64,000 bases of DNA from Candidatus Uhrbacteria bacterium (GTDB taxonomy: Bacteria; Patescibacteriota; Patescibacteriia; UBA9934; GWF2-40-263). The notes beneath the pieces were generated by a model, which saw nothing but the letters and a program-made list of their open reading frames with translations, had not been told where the DNA came from and made no database searches. The stretch lies in the NCBI GenBank assembly GCA_026395055.1, contig JAPLZK010000004.1:209432-273431 (forward strand), read 5' to 3'. Of the stretch, positions 37,886 to 47,471 are shown piece after piece. How positions within the stretch are numbered: the first letter of the stretch is position 1; the number at the start of each line of letters is the position of its first letter. Made by a program: the position numbers and the translations under genes.

Positions 37886-38896
37886 ATGCTTCGAGTTGCT
37901 ATTAACGGGTTTGGTCGTATTGGCCGCGTGGCTCTTCGTGCGGCTTATGAACGTAAGGATCTTGAAATCGTTGCCATTAATGACCTTACAGAGCCTGCAA
38001 CGCTCGCACATTTGTTGAAGTATGATTCCACCTTTCGTGTTTGGGCGCATGATGTAAAGGCTGGAAAGGATCATCTTGTGATCGATGGTGTAAAAATTCC
38101 CGTGCTTACGGCAATGGATCCTGCAACCCTTCCCTGGAAAGATTTGAAGGTAGATGTGGTTATTGAATCCACGGGACGTTTCACAAAGAAGGAAGATGCA
38201 GGGAAGCACATTACTGCTGGAGCAAAGCGCGTTGTTATTTCGGCACCGTCTGAGGATGCACCAACGTACTTGATGGGCGTGAATCACAAACTTTGTAAAA
38301 AAACAGATACGGTTGTGAATAATGCGTCGTGTACCACAAACTCTGTTGGACCTGCTGTGCAAATCATGACAGAGACACTCGGAGTAAAGAAAGCCATGCT
38401 TACAACCATCCACTCCGTCACCATGGAACAGAATCTTGTGGATGGACTTCCACCAAAGATGCACCCTGACCTTCGTCGTGCTCGTTCTGCGCTTATCAAC
38501 ATCGTTCCAACTTCAACGGGTGCCGCAAAAGCAACGACAGAAGTTGTGACTTCGCTTAAGAATAAGTTTGATGGTATTGCAATTCGTGTTCCATCCATCG
38601 ACGTTTCACTTACAGACTTCACCTTCGTCGTTGGAAAGAAGACCACAAAAGAAGAAGTAAACAAAATCTTTAAAGATGCGGCCAAGTCTCCTCGCTGGAA
38701 AGGAATCTTGGGAGTCACAGAAGAACCACTTGTTTCCACGGACTTTATTCAGACTCCATTTGGTTCCGTTGTTGATCTTCAAATGACACGCGTTGTTGAT
38801 GGGGATCTGGTAAAAGTTCTTGCGTGGTATGACAACGAATGGGGATACACACAGCGTCTCCTCGACCTTGTTCAATACGTTGGAAAACTAAAATAG
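37886..38896 (+). CDS. gap: glyceraldehyde-3-phosphate dehydrogenase
   Basis: VAINGFGRIGR and the ASCTTN catalytic Cys motif. Confidence 0.92.
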   Translation: MLRVAINGFGRIGRVALRAAYERKDLEIVAINDLTEPATLAHLLKYDSTFRVWAHDVKAGKDHLVIDGVKIPVLTAMDPATLPWKDLKVDVVIESTGRFTKKEDAGKHITAGAKRVVISAPSEDAPTYLMGVNHKLCKKTDTVVNNASCTTNSVGPAVQIMTETLGVKKAMLTTIHSVTMEQNLVDGLPPKMHPDLRRARSALINIVPTSTGAAKATTEVVTSLKNKFDGIAIRVPSIDVSLTDFTFVVGKKTTKEEVNKIFKDAAKSPRWKGILGVTEEPLVSTDFIQTPFGSVVDLQMTRVVDGDLVKVLAWYDNEWGYTQRLLDLVQYVGKLK

Positions 38897-38900
38897 TTTT

Positions 38901-39398
38901 ATGAAAACATCGTCGTTTGATCGTCTCGCCCACGCAACCGATGCGAAAGGATTTATTGTCTTTTGTATTTTGTTGCGTTTTGGTATGGCAATTTTGTTGA
39001 TCTATGCCGCATGGGCCAAGATTACAACTCCAGATTGGAGTGCGGCAGGATACTTAAGGTTTGCAAGCGGTCCGTTTGCACATTGGTTTCAGTCCATGGC
39101 GGGAAATGCGATTGTTGATCATCTTGTGATGTATGGTGAACTCCTCATCGGACTTGCGTTTTTATTTGGGTGCTTTATAAAGCCTGCGGCATTTTTTAAT
39201 ATCATCCTTATGATGTTATTTTATGTTTCTGGATGGGTGATGAATACAGCACACGGTCCCGTGAATGATCATGTTATTTTCATGCTTGTTTCTGGATTGT
39301 TTTTATTTGGAGAATTTGGTCATTGGTACGGATTGGATTATTGGATCGCGCGAACAAAATTTGTTCAGTCCAAACCTTGGCTTTTGCAACTCTTTTAG
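38901..39398 (+). CDS. DoxX-family membrane protein
   Basis: Four TM helices in a DoxX-like pattern. Confidence 0.7.
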   Translation: MKTSSFDRLAHATDAKGFIVFCILLRFGMAILLIYAAWAKITTPDWSAAGYLRFASGPFAHWFQSMAGNAIVDHLVMYGELLIGLAFLFGCFIKPAAFFNIILMMLFYVSGWVMNTAHGPVNDHVIFMLVSGLFLFGEFGHWYGLDYWIARTKFVQSKPWLLQLF

Positions 39399-39409
39399 AT
39401 TCTGGATGT

Positions 39410-40597
39410 ATGAAATTGCGCAAACTTAAATCAGACGCAGATTTGGCGGGGAAGCGCGTCTTGATTCGTATTGATGGAAATGTTCCCATCAAAAAAGGAA
39501 AAGCTGTGGACGGCCCACACGGACGCATTACGCGTTCTGCAGTTGATATTGATTGGTTGTCACAACGTGGAGCGAAAGTGATCGTTCTTTCTCATCTTGG
39601 ACGACCAGATGGAAAGCGCGTTGCTTCATGTTCATTGAAGCCAATCGCGAAACGTCTGAGTGGACTGTTGAAATGTCGTATTACTCTAAGTAAAGACATT
39701 GTAGGTCCAAAAGTTGTGAAGCGCATTGAGAACATGAAAAACGGAGATGTGTTGCTTCTCGAAAATTTGCGATTCGATGCGCGCGAAGAATCGAACGCCC
39801 CTTCGTTTGCACAGGCGCTCGCTTCGCTTGGAGATATTTATGTGAATGATGCGTTTGCGGTTTCACATCGCGCGCACGCTTCTGTGGACGCGATTGTGTC
39901 CGATCTTCCATCTTACGCGGGACCATTGCTCGCAAACGAGATCACGGTGCTTTCAAAGCTTGATAAAGGAATGAAGCACCCGTTTGTTCTTGTAATGGGT
40001 GGACTCAAAATTGAAACAAAACTTCCCGTCATTGAACGTTTCCTTGGTTCCGCAGAAAAAATTCTGATCGGTGGTGCACTTGCAACAACGTTTCTTGTTG
40101 CGCAAGGATATGCCGTAGGAAAATCTGTGTATGATGTGGACGGAGTGAAAGAAGCAAAAGCACTCCTTGCAAAAGCAAAAGACAAACTTGTTTTACCGGT
40201 AGATGTAATTGTTTCAAGTTCCGTGCGAAAAGATGCACAGACACGTTGTGTGACCGTTGATAAGGTAAAGGCAAGCGATCGTATTGTAGATTTAGGAAAG
40301 AAAACCGTTGCGCATTTTGAAGATGAACTTGAACACGCAAAAACCGTTGTGTGGAATGGTCCTCTTGGCATGACAGAGATTCCAAAGTTTTGTTCTGGCA
40401 CACTCGCGGTTGCAAAAGCGATTGCAGAACGTACGGGGTCGGCCACAACGATTGTTGGAGGAGGAGATACCGTTCCTGTTTTGGAAGCTGCACATCTTGC
40501 AGATAAATTCACGCTTCTTTCCACGGGTGGCGGAGCTCTTCTTGAATTTTTGGGAGGAAAGACACTGCCAGGATTAGAGGTGTTGGAATCTGAATAA
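39410..40597 (+). CDS. pgk: phosphoglycerate kinase
   Basis: RIDGNVPI N-terminal motif and full PGK homology. The start is MKLRKL. Confidence 0.92.
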   Translation: MKLRKLKSDADLAGKRVLIRIDGNVPIKKGKAVDGPHGRITRSAVDIDWLSQRGAKVIVLSHLGRPDGKRVASCSLKPIAKRLSGLLKCRITLSKDIVGPKVVKRIENMKNGDVLLLENLRFDAREESNAPSFAQALASLGDIYVNDAFAVSHRAHASVDAIVSDLPSYAGPLLANEITVLSKLDKGMKHPFVLVMGGLKIETKLPVIERFLGSAEKILIGGALATTFLVAQGYAVGKSVYDVDGVKEAKALLAKAKDKLVLPVDVIVSSSVRKDAQTRCVTVDKVKASDRIVDLGKKTVAHFEDELEHAKTVVWNGPLGMTEIPKFCSGTLAVAKAIAERTGSATTIVGGGDTVPVLEAAHLADKFTLLSTGGGALLEFLGGKTLPGLEVLESE

Positions 40598-40609
40598 CTC
40601 TTTTTTTCT

Positions 40610-40867
40610 ATGTCTGATAAAGAAACAAAAATTTCCTTGCATATTGAATTACTTGAACAAGCGCAGTCGCTCATGACCGCGGGTTTTGCGCTCGTTGCTG
40701 CCCTTGCGTGGAATACAGCCATTCAAGATCTTTTTAAACTTTTGTTTCCGGATCAGAGTTCTCTCATTGCAAAATTTCTGTACGCCCTGTTGATTACGCT
40801 TATCATGATTGTTGTGACACGACGTTTAGGAAAAACGATCTCTGCTTTGAAATCAAAAATTAAGTAA
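40610..40867 (+). CDS. hypothetical small membrane protein
   Basis: 85 aa with two hydrophobic helices. Confidence 0.5.
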   Translation: MSDKETKISLHIELLEQAQSLMTAGFALVAALAWNTAIQDLFKLLFPDQSSLIAKFLYALLITLIMIVVTRRLGKTISALKSKIK

Positions 40868-40887
40868 CAATCCCCATTCCATTTTTT

Positions 40888-42147
40888 ATGTCCTACAAAA
40901 TCGAATCCATTCATGCGCACGAGATTCTTGATTCACGTGGAAATCCAACGGTAAATGTCACGGTGCTTCTTGAAGATGGAACAAGTGGATCCGCGTCTGT
41001 CCCAAGCGGGGCATCAACAGGAATTCATGAAGCGCTTGAATTGCGTGATGGAGACATGAAGCGTTATGGAGGACAGGGGGTGTTGAAGGCCGTAAAGAAT
41101 GTAAATGGTCCTATTGCAAAGGTGCTGATTGGAATGGACGTTACGGATCAGCGCAAACTAGATGTAACCATGATTGCGCTTGACGGAACACCAAACAAAT
41201 CGAAACTTGGAGCAAACGCGATTCTTGGTGTCTCGCTTGCGTGTGCACACGCAGCGGCACGTGCAAAGAAAATGCCGCTGTACGCATACCTTCGATTGGC
41301 ATTCGATTTGCCCTACAAAAATTACCGCATGCCAATTCCAACCATGAACGTGTTGAATGGGGGGGCACACGCAGGATGGATTTTGGATTTTCAAGAGTTC
41401 ATGATTGTTCCAACCCAAAAGAAATTCAAAGAACGTGTGCGTTGTGGGGCAGAAATTTTTCACGCCCTTGGCGGACTCTTGAAGAAAAAAGGCTTTTCAA
41501 CATTGAAAGGAGATGAGGGTGGGTACGCAGTTCCATTTAAGAAGAACGAAGATGCCTTTGTGGCGATCATGCAAGCAATCAAACTTGCAGGGTACAAAGC
41601 AGGCAAAGAAGTTTTTCTTGCAATGGATCCAGCTGTCTCTGAACTTTTTGATAAAAAAACAAATCGTTACAAACTTCGTGTCGACAAGAAGTCGAATACT
41701 TCAAAAGACATGATTGCGATGTGGACAAAGTGGCTCAAGAAGTATCCAATCATTTCTCTTGAAGATGGATTGGATCAAGATGATTGGGCTGGATGGACAG
41801 AGATGACCAAGCAACTTGGAAAGAAAACTGTTCTTGTTGGCGATGACTTCTTTGTCACAAATTCAAAACGTCTCGCACAAGGAATCGAAAAGAAAGCGGC
41901 GAACGCAATTCTAATCAAGCTGAACCAAATTGGTTCCTTGTCCGAGACGATCGACACAATCTTGCTCGCGCAACAATACGGCTACAAAGTTTCCGTTTCA
42001 CACCGCTCTGGAGAAACGGCAGACACAACGCTTGCGGATCTTGCGGTTGCGGTGAATGCGGACTATATCAAGACGGGATCCTTGTCGCGCTCTGAGAGGC
42101 TCGAAAAATATAATCGTGTGATGGAGATTGAAGAAGAGGTCTCGTAA
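40888..42147 (+). CDS. eno: enolase
   Basis: IESIHAHEILDSRGNPTV and the full enolase signature. Confidence 0.95.
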   Translation: MSYKIESIHAHEILDSRGNPTVNVTVLLEDGTSGSASVPSGASTGIHEALELRDGDMKRYGGQGVLKAVKNVNGPIAKVLIGMDVTDQRKLDVTMIALDGTPNKSKLGANAILGVSLACAHAAARAKKMPLYAYLRLAFDLPYKNYRMPIPTMNVLNGGAHAGWILDFQEFMIVPTQKKFKERVRCGAEIFHALGGLLKKKGFSTLKGDEGGYAVPFKKNEDAFVAIMQAIKLAGYKAGKEVFLAMDPAVSELFDKKTNRYKLRVDKKSNTSKDMIAMWTKWLKKYPIISLEDGLDQDDWAGWTEMTKQLGKKTVLVGDDFFVTNSKRLAQGIEKKAANAILIKLNQIGSLSETIDTILLAQQYGYKVSVSHRSGETADTTLADLAVAVNADYIKTGSLSRSERLEKYNRVMEIEEEVS

Positions 42148-42151
42148 TGCT

Positions 42152-42694
42152 ATGGATGTTGAACGCCGCGAAACCCCACAATCGTTTGAAGTCACGGAAG
42201 CATCTGTGCAAGACGCAGAACGTCTTGCACAGATTCAGGCCGAGTCTTGGATCGCAACGTATCCAAATGCGGAGATTCGTCTCACAGAAGAAGATGTGCG
42301 AAAAAAATTTGAGAATGCGGAAAAAAGAATTGCACGCTGGCGCGAACGTCTAGAGAAGCCAGCCGAACGTGCACAGGTGTTTGTCATTAAAGAGGGGAAG
42401 CGTGTGGTTGGTTATTGTGCGGTCGAGAAAGGCGAAACCGAAAATCATGTAGATGCGCTTTATCTTGATCCGTCGTTTCGCGGAAAGCATGCGGGTTCAA
42501 CGGTTTTTCGCGAATCTCTTGCGTGGTTAGGCGAGAATAAACCGGTTGCTCTGGAGGTTGCTTCCTACAATGATCGTGCAATTGATTTTTATAAACGATT
42601 TGGATTCGAAGACATTGGTGATGGAGAACCTATTCTGGTCATCGACGATAAATTTTTGCCCATCACCAACATGTGTCGACCGTCAAAACAATAA
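42152..42694 (+). CDS. GNAT-family N-acetyltransferase
   Basis: Acetyl-CoA motif region (FRGKHAGS). The start is MDVERRE. Confidence 0.7.
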   Translation: MDVERRETPQSFEVTEASVQDAERLAQIQAESWIATYPNAEIRLTEEDVRKKFENAEKRIARWRERLEKPAERAQVFVIKEGKRVVGYCAVEKGETENHVDALYLDPSFRGKHAGSTVFRESLAWLGENKPVALEVASYNDRAIDFYKRFGFEDIGDGEPILVIDDKFLPITNMCRPSKQ

Positions 42695-42702
42695 TTGTCT
42701 CT

Positions 42703-44283
42703 ATGTCCGATCAAATAAAAAAACCAACCGTTCTCATGATTCTCGATGGGTTTGGTGTTGCGCCCGCGTCGGATGGAAATCCCATCATGAGTGCAAACAT
42801 GCCGAATTTTAATAAGTATATTCGCATGTATCCAACTATGACCCTCAAAGCTTCCGGTGAGGAAGTTGGTTTGTCGTGGGGGGAAATGGGAAATTCGGAA
42901 GTGGGTCACCTCGCAATCGGTGCGGGTCGTGTTTACTATCAACTTTTTCCGCGCATCAACCGCGATATTTTGGCGGGAGATTTTTTTCAAAAAAAAGAAT
43001 TACTTGATGCGGTAGATCACGTAAAAAAATTCAAAAGCAAATTGCATCTCATTGGCCAAATTAGTCCAGGAGGGATTCATGCCATGGACGAACACTGTTA
43101 TGCACTTCTCGAATTTGCAAAGAAGCAAGGAATTTCGGATGTGTACGTTCAAGCGATCGTGGATGGTCGTGATACCATTTACAATGCGGGAATTGATTTC
43201 ATTACAAATTTGCAAAACAAAATAAAAGAGATCGGCGTTGGAAAGATCGCGTCCATGAGTGGTCGTTATTTTGCGATGGATCGCGATAATCGCTGGGATC
43301 GTGTTGAGAAGGCATACAACGCAATGGTCCTCGGACAAGGTGAAATGGCAACCGATCCGATTGAAGCGCTGAAGGCTTCGTATCAAAAAGAGGTGTACGA
43401 CGAGCAGTTCGTTCCAACGGTTATCGCCGAGAACGGGAAGCCTATCGCAACGGTTGGCGAAAATGATGCGGTCATCTTTTTCAATTTTCGTCCGGATCGC
43501 ATGCGTGAACTGACAAAAGCATTTGTGATGCCAACGTTCGATTCGTTTGCGCGTACACATGTTGAAAATCTACTTGTTGTTACGATGGCCGAATACGAAT
43601 CCGGCTTGCCTGTTGAGGTCGTGTATCCTCCTGAGAAAATCGAGCAGTGTCTTGCACAAGTTTTTTCTGAGAGAGGGATGACACAGTTGCATATTGCGGA
43701 AACAGAAAAGTATGCGCACGTTACGTTCTTTTTGAATGGAACGCGTGAAGAACCATTTCCCGGAGAGGACAGACAAATTGTTCCGTCTCCAAAAGTTGCG
43801 TCGTATGATCTTGCGCCTGAGATGAGTGCGCGTGAGGTGACGGATCGTGTGGTGAAAGCGATTCAGTCAAACGCGTATGACTTCATTGCCATGAACTTTG
43901 CGAATCCGGATATGGTTGCGCATACGGGGATTATTGATGCAACGCGTAAAGCGGTTGAGTGTATTGATGAATGTGTTGGGAAGATTGTAGACGCTGCGCT
44001 TTCCCGTGATGGATTTGTTTTTATGACGGCGGATCATGGAAATGCAGAGGAGTTGAAAAACTTGCGTACAGGAGAAATGGATAAAGAACACGCAACAAAC
44101 CCGGTTCCATTTTTAATCATCGGAAAACCATTCGAAGGTCAACCAAGTATCGCGGGTGAAGTACCGGATGGAGATTTGTCTCTCATGTCGCCCGTTGGAA
44201 TGCTCGCCGACGTTGCGCCAACCATTCTTGCTGTGCTCGGAATTCCACAACCAGAGTTGATGACAGGGCAGCCGCTCGTTTAA
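42703..44283 (+). CDS. gpmI: 2,3-bisphosphoglycerate-independent phosphoglycerate mutase
   Basis: LMILDGFG...SEVGHLAIGAGR and the C-terminal metal-binding ADHGN. Confidence 0.92.
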   Translation: MSDQIKKPTVLMILDGFGVAPASDGNPIMSANMPNFNKYIRMYPTMTLKASGEEVGLSWGEMGNSEVGHLAIGAGRVYYQLFPRINRDILAGDFFQKKELLDAVDHVKKFKSKLHLIGQISPGGIHAMDEHCYALLEFAKKQGISDVYVQAIVDGRDTIYNAGIDFITNLQNKIKEIGVGKIASMSGRYFAMDRDNRWDRVEKAYNAMVLGQGEMATDPIEALKASYQKEVYDEQFVPTVIAENGKPIATVGENDAVIFFNFRPDRMRELTKAFVMPTFDSFARTHVENLLVVTMAEYESGLPVEVVYPPEKIEQCLAQVFSERGMTQLHIAETEKYAHVTFFLNGTREEPFPGEDRQIVPSPKVASYDLAPEMSAREVTDRVVKAIQSNAYDFIAMNFANPDMVAHTGIIDATRKAVECIDECVGKIVDAALSRDGFVFMTADHGNAEELKNLRTGEMDKEHATNPVPFLIIGKPFEGQPSIAGEVPDGDLSLMSPVGMLADVAPTILAVLGIPQPELMTGQPLV

Positions 44284-44286
44284 CGT

Positions 44287-44991
44287 ATGTCCGATATTGT
44301 CTCAACTCTAAAAATCCTGAAACGTCGTTTTCCAAATCCGGGTGCGATGGAACTTGGGAGTCCGTATCAGAATCTTGTGGGGGTAATGTTGTCGGCTCGG
44401 ACGCGAGATGAGCAGGTGTTGAAACTCATGCCAGGTTTTTGGAACGCGTTTCCGACAGTCGAGAAACTCGCGAAGGCAACAACGACGCAGATTGAATCTA
44501 AGATCAATACGATTGGCATGTATCGCCAGAAGGCGAAGAATCTAAAAAAGATGGCAATAGATGTCGTTTCGAATTTTGGTGGAAAGATTCCTTCGACCAT
44601 GGAAGACCTTGTGTCTCTCGCAGGGGTTGGTCGAAAGACGGCGAGTGTTGTGCTCGTATGTTCCTTCGATAAGACCGCGATCGCGGTGGATACACATGTC
44701 TTTCGTGTGACGAACCGACTTGGTTGGATCAAATCGAAGACCGTTGAAGATGCGGAGAAAAAGCTTCTCGAGATGGTTCCATCGAAGTATCATCAAACCG
44801 TGAATCGCGTATTCGTGAAACTTGGTCGATACATTTGTATTCGAAGTCCGCGTTGCTGGGCATGTCCCGTTCGAGAGCAATGCGCATTTAACAAAAAGAA
44901 TTTGGTGGCGCCAAAGAATGCGAACGAAATTCTGGAAGACATGGATCGACGAGAAAAGATTCTTGAGACATTAAGAGAAAACGCTACATGA
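44287..44991 (+). CDS. nth: endonuclease III-family DNA glycosylase (HhH-GPD with a 4Fe-4S cluster)
   Basis: LVSLAGVGRKTA HhH-GPD motif and C.....C..C.....C cluster loop. Confidence 0.88.
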   Translation: MSDIVSTLKILKRRFPNPGAMELGSPYQNLVGVMLSARTRDEQVLKLMPGFWNAFPTVEKLAKATTTQIESKINTIGMYRQKAKNLKKMAIDVVSNFGGKIPSTMEDLVSLAGVGRKTASVVLVCSFDKTAIAVDTHVFRVTNRLGWIKSKTVEDAEKKLLEMVPSKYHQTVNRVFVKLGRYICIRSPRCWACPVREQCAFNKKNLVAPKNANEILEDMDRREKILETLRENAT

Positions 44992-45560
44992 AAAATCTCG
45001 ACAAACAGATTTCAAAATGGGTTTATGACCGAGCACATGTGTCGCCTGTTTTGACGCTCCTCGCAAAATTCGGAGCAACGTATGCGATTGGACTCATGGT
45101 TCTTGTCGCCATGTTGTTTCTGTGGCAATCATCTTACGCAAGTGCAAATCCAATGGATTCCATTCAGCCGTTTCTCACAACGATCGGTCTTTCATGGGTG
45201 ATTACGCTTGCGCTACAGTTTATTGTTCGACGTCGTCGTCCATTTGAGTGTGCGATCTATGAAGCAAAGGTAAAGATGTTTTGTAAGACACCGTCGTTTC
45301 CCTCGGCGCATGCAACGATTACGTTTGCGACGGCTTCGTATTTCTTCAATCATTTTTTGTTTGGATATTTTGATCGTGCGTTTTTGTTTGCCGCAATCTT
45401 CTTTTTTCTTGTTGCGATCTGGGTTGCGCTTTCTCGTGTCGCGGTTGGGGTTCATTATGTTTCGGACATTCTTGTGGGGGCGTTGATTGGATTGCTTACA
45501 CCCTGGTTGTTTGTTCTCTTGCTGGTTCTGAGTTGTACATTTACGACAAATTGTATTTAA
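44988..45560 (+). CDS. PAP2-family phosphatase (undecaprenyl-diphosphatase-like)
   Basis: PAP2 motifs RRRRPFE, PSFPSAHA and SRVAVGVHYVSD. Confidence 0.75.
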   Translation: MKNLDKQISKWVYDRAHVSPVLTLLAKFGATYAIGLMVLVAMLFLWQSSYASANPMDSIQPFLTTIGLSWVITLALQFIVRRRRPFECAIYEAKVKMFCKTPSFPSAHATITFATASYFFNHFLFGYFDRAFLFAAIFFFLVAIWVALSRVAVGVHYVSDILVGALIGLLTPWLFVLLLVLSCTFTTNCI

Positions 45561-45624
45561 AAACGCGTAGCCAATGCGTCATCTTTCGATTTCGCTTCGC
45601 TTCACGCAAGATGACACATACACT

Positions 45625-46113
45625 ATGTCCACACCAAAAATTGTTACCGTCTCCGGCGGATTCGACCCCATTCACATTGGCCACGTCCGTATGATTCGCG
45701 AAGCGCGTGCGCTTGGCGACGAGCTTGTGGTGATTTTGAATAATGACAAGTGGCTCATGCGTAAGAAAGGATTTGTGTTTATGCCGGAGGAAGAGCGAAA
45801 AGAAATCATTGAAGCGCTTGAGGGGGTCTCGAGAGTTGTTCTTACGAAGCATGTCGAGAACGATGCGGATACGAGTGTCTGCGAGGCGCTTCGAGAAATT
45901 CATCCGGATATCTTTGCAAACGGCGGTGATCGATTTGCAGATAATATTCCGGAAGCTGTGCTCGCTCGTGAACTCAACATCGAATGTGTATTCGGTGTTG
46001 GGCGAGGAGGAAAGGTTCAGTCGAGTTCATGGTTGACGGCGAAGGATCGCGATACGAAGATCTGTTTTTGTGGATCTGGTCTCGCATATGGAGCTTGTCA
46101 TGGAAATAAATAA
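45625..46113 (+). CDS. cytidylyltransferase-like nucleotidyltransferase (RfaE domain II / TagD family) with a C-terminal SEC-C zinc motif
   Basis: GGFDPIHIGH (HxGH) and ...FANGGD. C-terminal CFCGSGLAYGACHG. Confidence 0.7.
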   Translation: MSTPKIVTVSGGFDPIHIGHVRMIREARALGDELVVILNNDKWLMRKKGFVFMPEEERKEIIEALEGVSRVVLTKHVENDADTSVCEALREIHPDIFANGGDRFADNIPEAVLARELNIECVFGVGRGGKVQSSSWLTAKDRDTKICFCGSGLAYGACHGNK

Positions 46114-46119
46114 AAACCT

Positions 46120-47046
46120 ATGAAGAGAAAATTGTTTTTCGTGTTTGTTTTGTTTCTTGTGATCGTCGTTGTGATCGGCGGAAGTTTTGTGCACGATGTG
46201 TTTTTGATTTCGCCGAAGTCGGATGCGAAGCCGGTGGAGGTTGTTGTGACAGAAGGGGATTCTGTAAATGCTATTGATGTGCATTTAGAAAAAGCGGGTC
46301 TTGTATCACACCCTCTCTTCTTCAAATGGTTCGTCGAATTTACGCATACACAAACCAAGCTTCAGGCTGGAACGTTTTTTCTCACCCCTGGAACTTCGAT
46401 CGCCTCATTGGTTCTCCTTTTATCAAACGTCCAAAATGCCGAAGTGCAAGTGACGATCCCTGAGGGATTCACAAACGATCAGATTAAAGCAAAACTCGTC
46501 GAAGCATTTTCCAAGTTCGATACAATAGAATGGGACAAACAAGCCAGCTCTCTCGAAGGATCTCTTTTTCCAGACACGTATCGGTTCGCGAAGAATGCGA
46601 GCGTAAAAGAGATTGTGGAGAAGATGCGTTCCACGCTTGATCGACGATTGGTGGAAAACAACATTGATTTCTTGAATTGCGACATGTATCAACCTTCCAT
46701 GGGCTCTGTTAGTCCAACGCGATGTGATCTTCATGGCACGCTTGTCCTTGCATCTCTTATCGAGAAAGAAGTGCAGACACCAGAAGACATGAGACATGTT
46801 GCAGGAATATTTTTGAATCGTCTTGCGATCGGGATGCCGCTTCAGACGGACACGTCGAGCTATACGTATAAGAACAAAGGCCTGCCACCATCGCCAATCA
46901 ATAATCCTGGGATGAATGCGATTCTTGCCGTGCTTCATCCAGCACAAACAAAAGATTTATATTTCATCACGCTTCCGAATCATACAACCGTTTACGCGCA
47001 AACGTTTGCAGAGCATATCAAAAATCAACAAACCTATTTGAAGTAA
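46120..47046 (+). CDS. mltG: endolytic murein transglycosylase MltG (YceG-like)
   Basis: N-terminal TM and a YceG-like domain. Confidence 0.8.
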   Translation: MKRKLFFVFVLFLVIVVVIGGSFVHDVFLISPKSDAKPVEVVVTEGDSVNAIDVHLEKAGLVSHPLFFKWFVEFTHTQTKLQAGTFFLTPGTSIASLVLLLSNVQNAEVQVTIPEGFTNDQIKAKLVEAFSKFDTIEWDKQASSLEGSLFPDTYRFAKNASVKEIVEKMRSTLDRRLVENNIDFLNCDMYQPSMGSVSPTRCDLHGTLVLASLIEKEVQTPEDMRHVAGIFLNRLAIGMPLQTDTSSYTYKNKGLPPSPINNPGMNAILAVLHPAQTKDLYFITLPNHTTVYAQTFAEHIKNQQTYLK

Positions 47047-47081
47047 AGAAAAACCCTCGAGAGGTTCGAGGGGGAGGAGAG

Positions 47082-47318
47082 TCACGGCGTGAGTGACACA
47101 AGGGGGGAAGGTGGACGAAGAAGTTTTCTGAGAGCAATGGACTCGATGTTTCGAATCTCCTGTTGGTCTACGCCAAACTGTGTGGCGATTTCTGCGTGAG
47201 AATAAATGGCTTGCTCTCCGACGCCGAATCGCATGCGGATGACTTTTTCTTCCCGCGGGCTTAGACGTGCCAAGACCCTGCGCAAGGCTTCGATCGCACG
47301 ATCGTTATACTCTGGCAT
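47082..47318 (-). CDS. stand-alone sigma-70 region-4 (HTH) domain protein, 78 aa
   Basis: LSPREEKVIRMRFG...HAEIATQFGVDQQEIRNIESIALRKL. AAGAGG SD 6 nt upstream of the ATG. Confidence 0.65.
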   Translation of the reverse strand: MPEYNDRAIEALRRVLARLSPREEKVIRMRFGVGEQAIYSHAEIATQFGVDQQEIRNIESIALRKLLRPPSPLVSLTP

Positions 47319-47471
47319 GGTTTACCTCTTTTTCGTTCGTTTGTTGCGTCTTCTACAACAGAACCCCAGTTCACCAAAAAAAAGCCGTATCGTCAAGCAA
47401 ACCATTGACAAACACGGCTTTTTTTGATACCTTCCGGCCACGACGTCCACAAAAACACAAGGAGGTGTTGT

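Noticed and set aside
39913-40722. 269-aa minus-strand ORF antisense to pgk
   Set aside because: pgk homology on the plus strand is unambiguous. The antisense ORF is Ser/Ala-rich with no signals.
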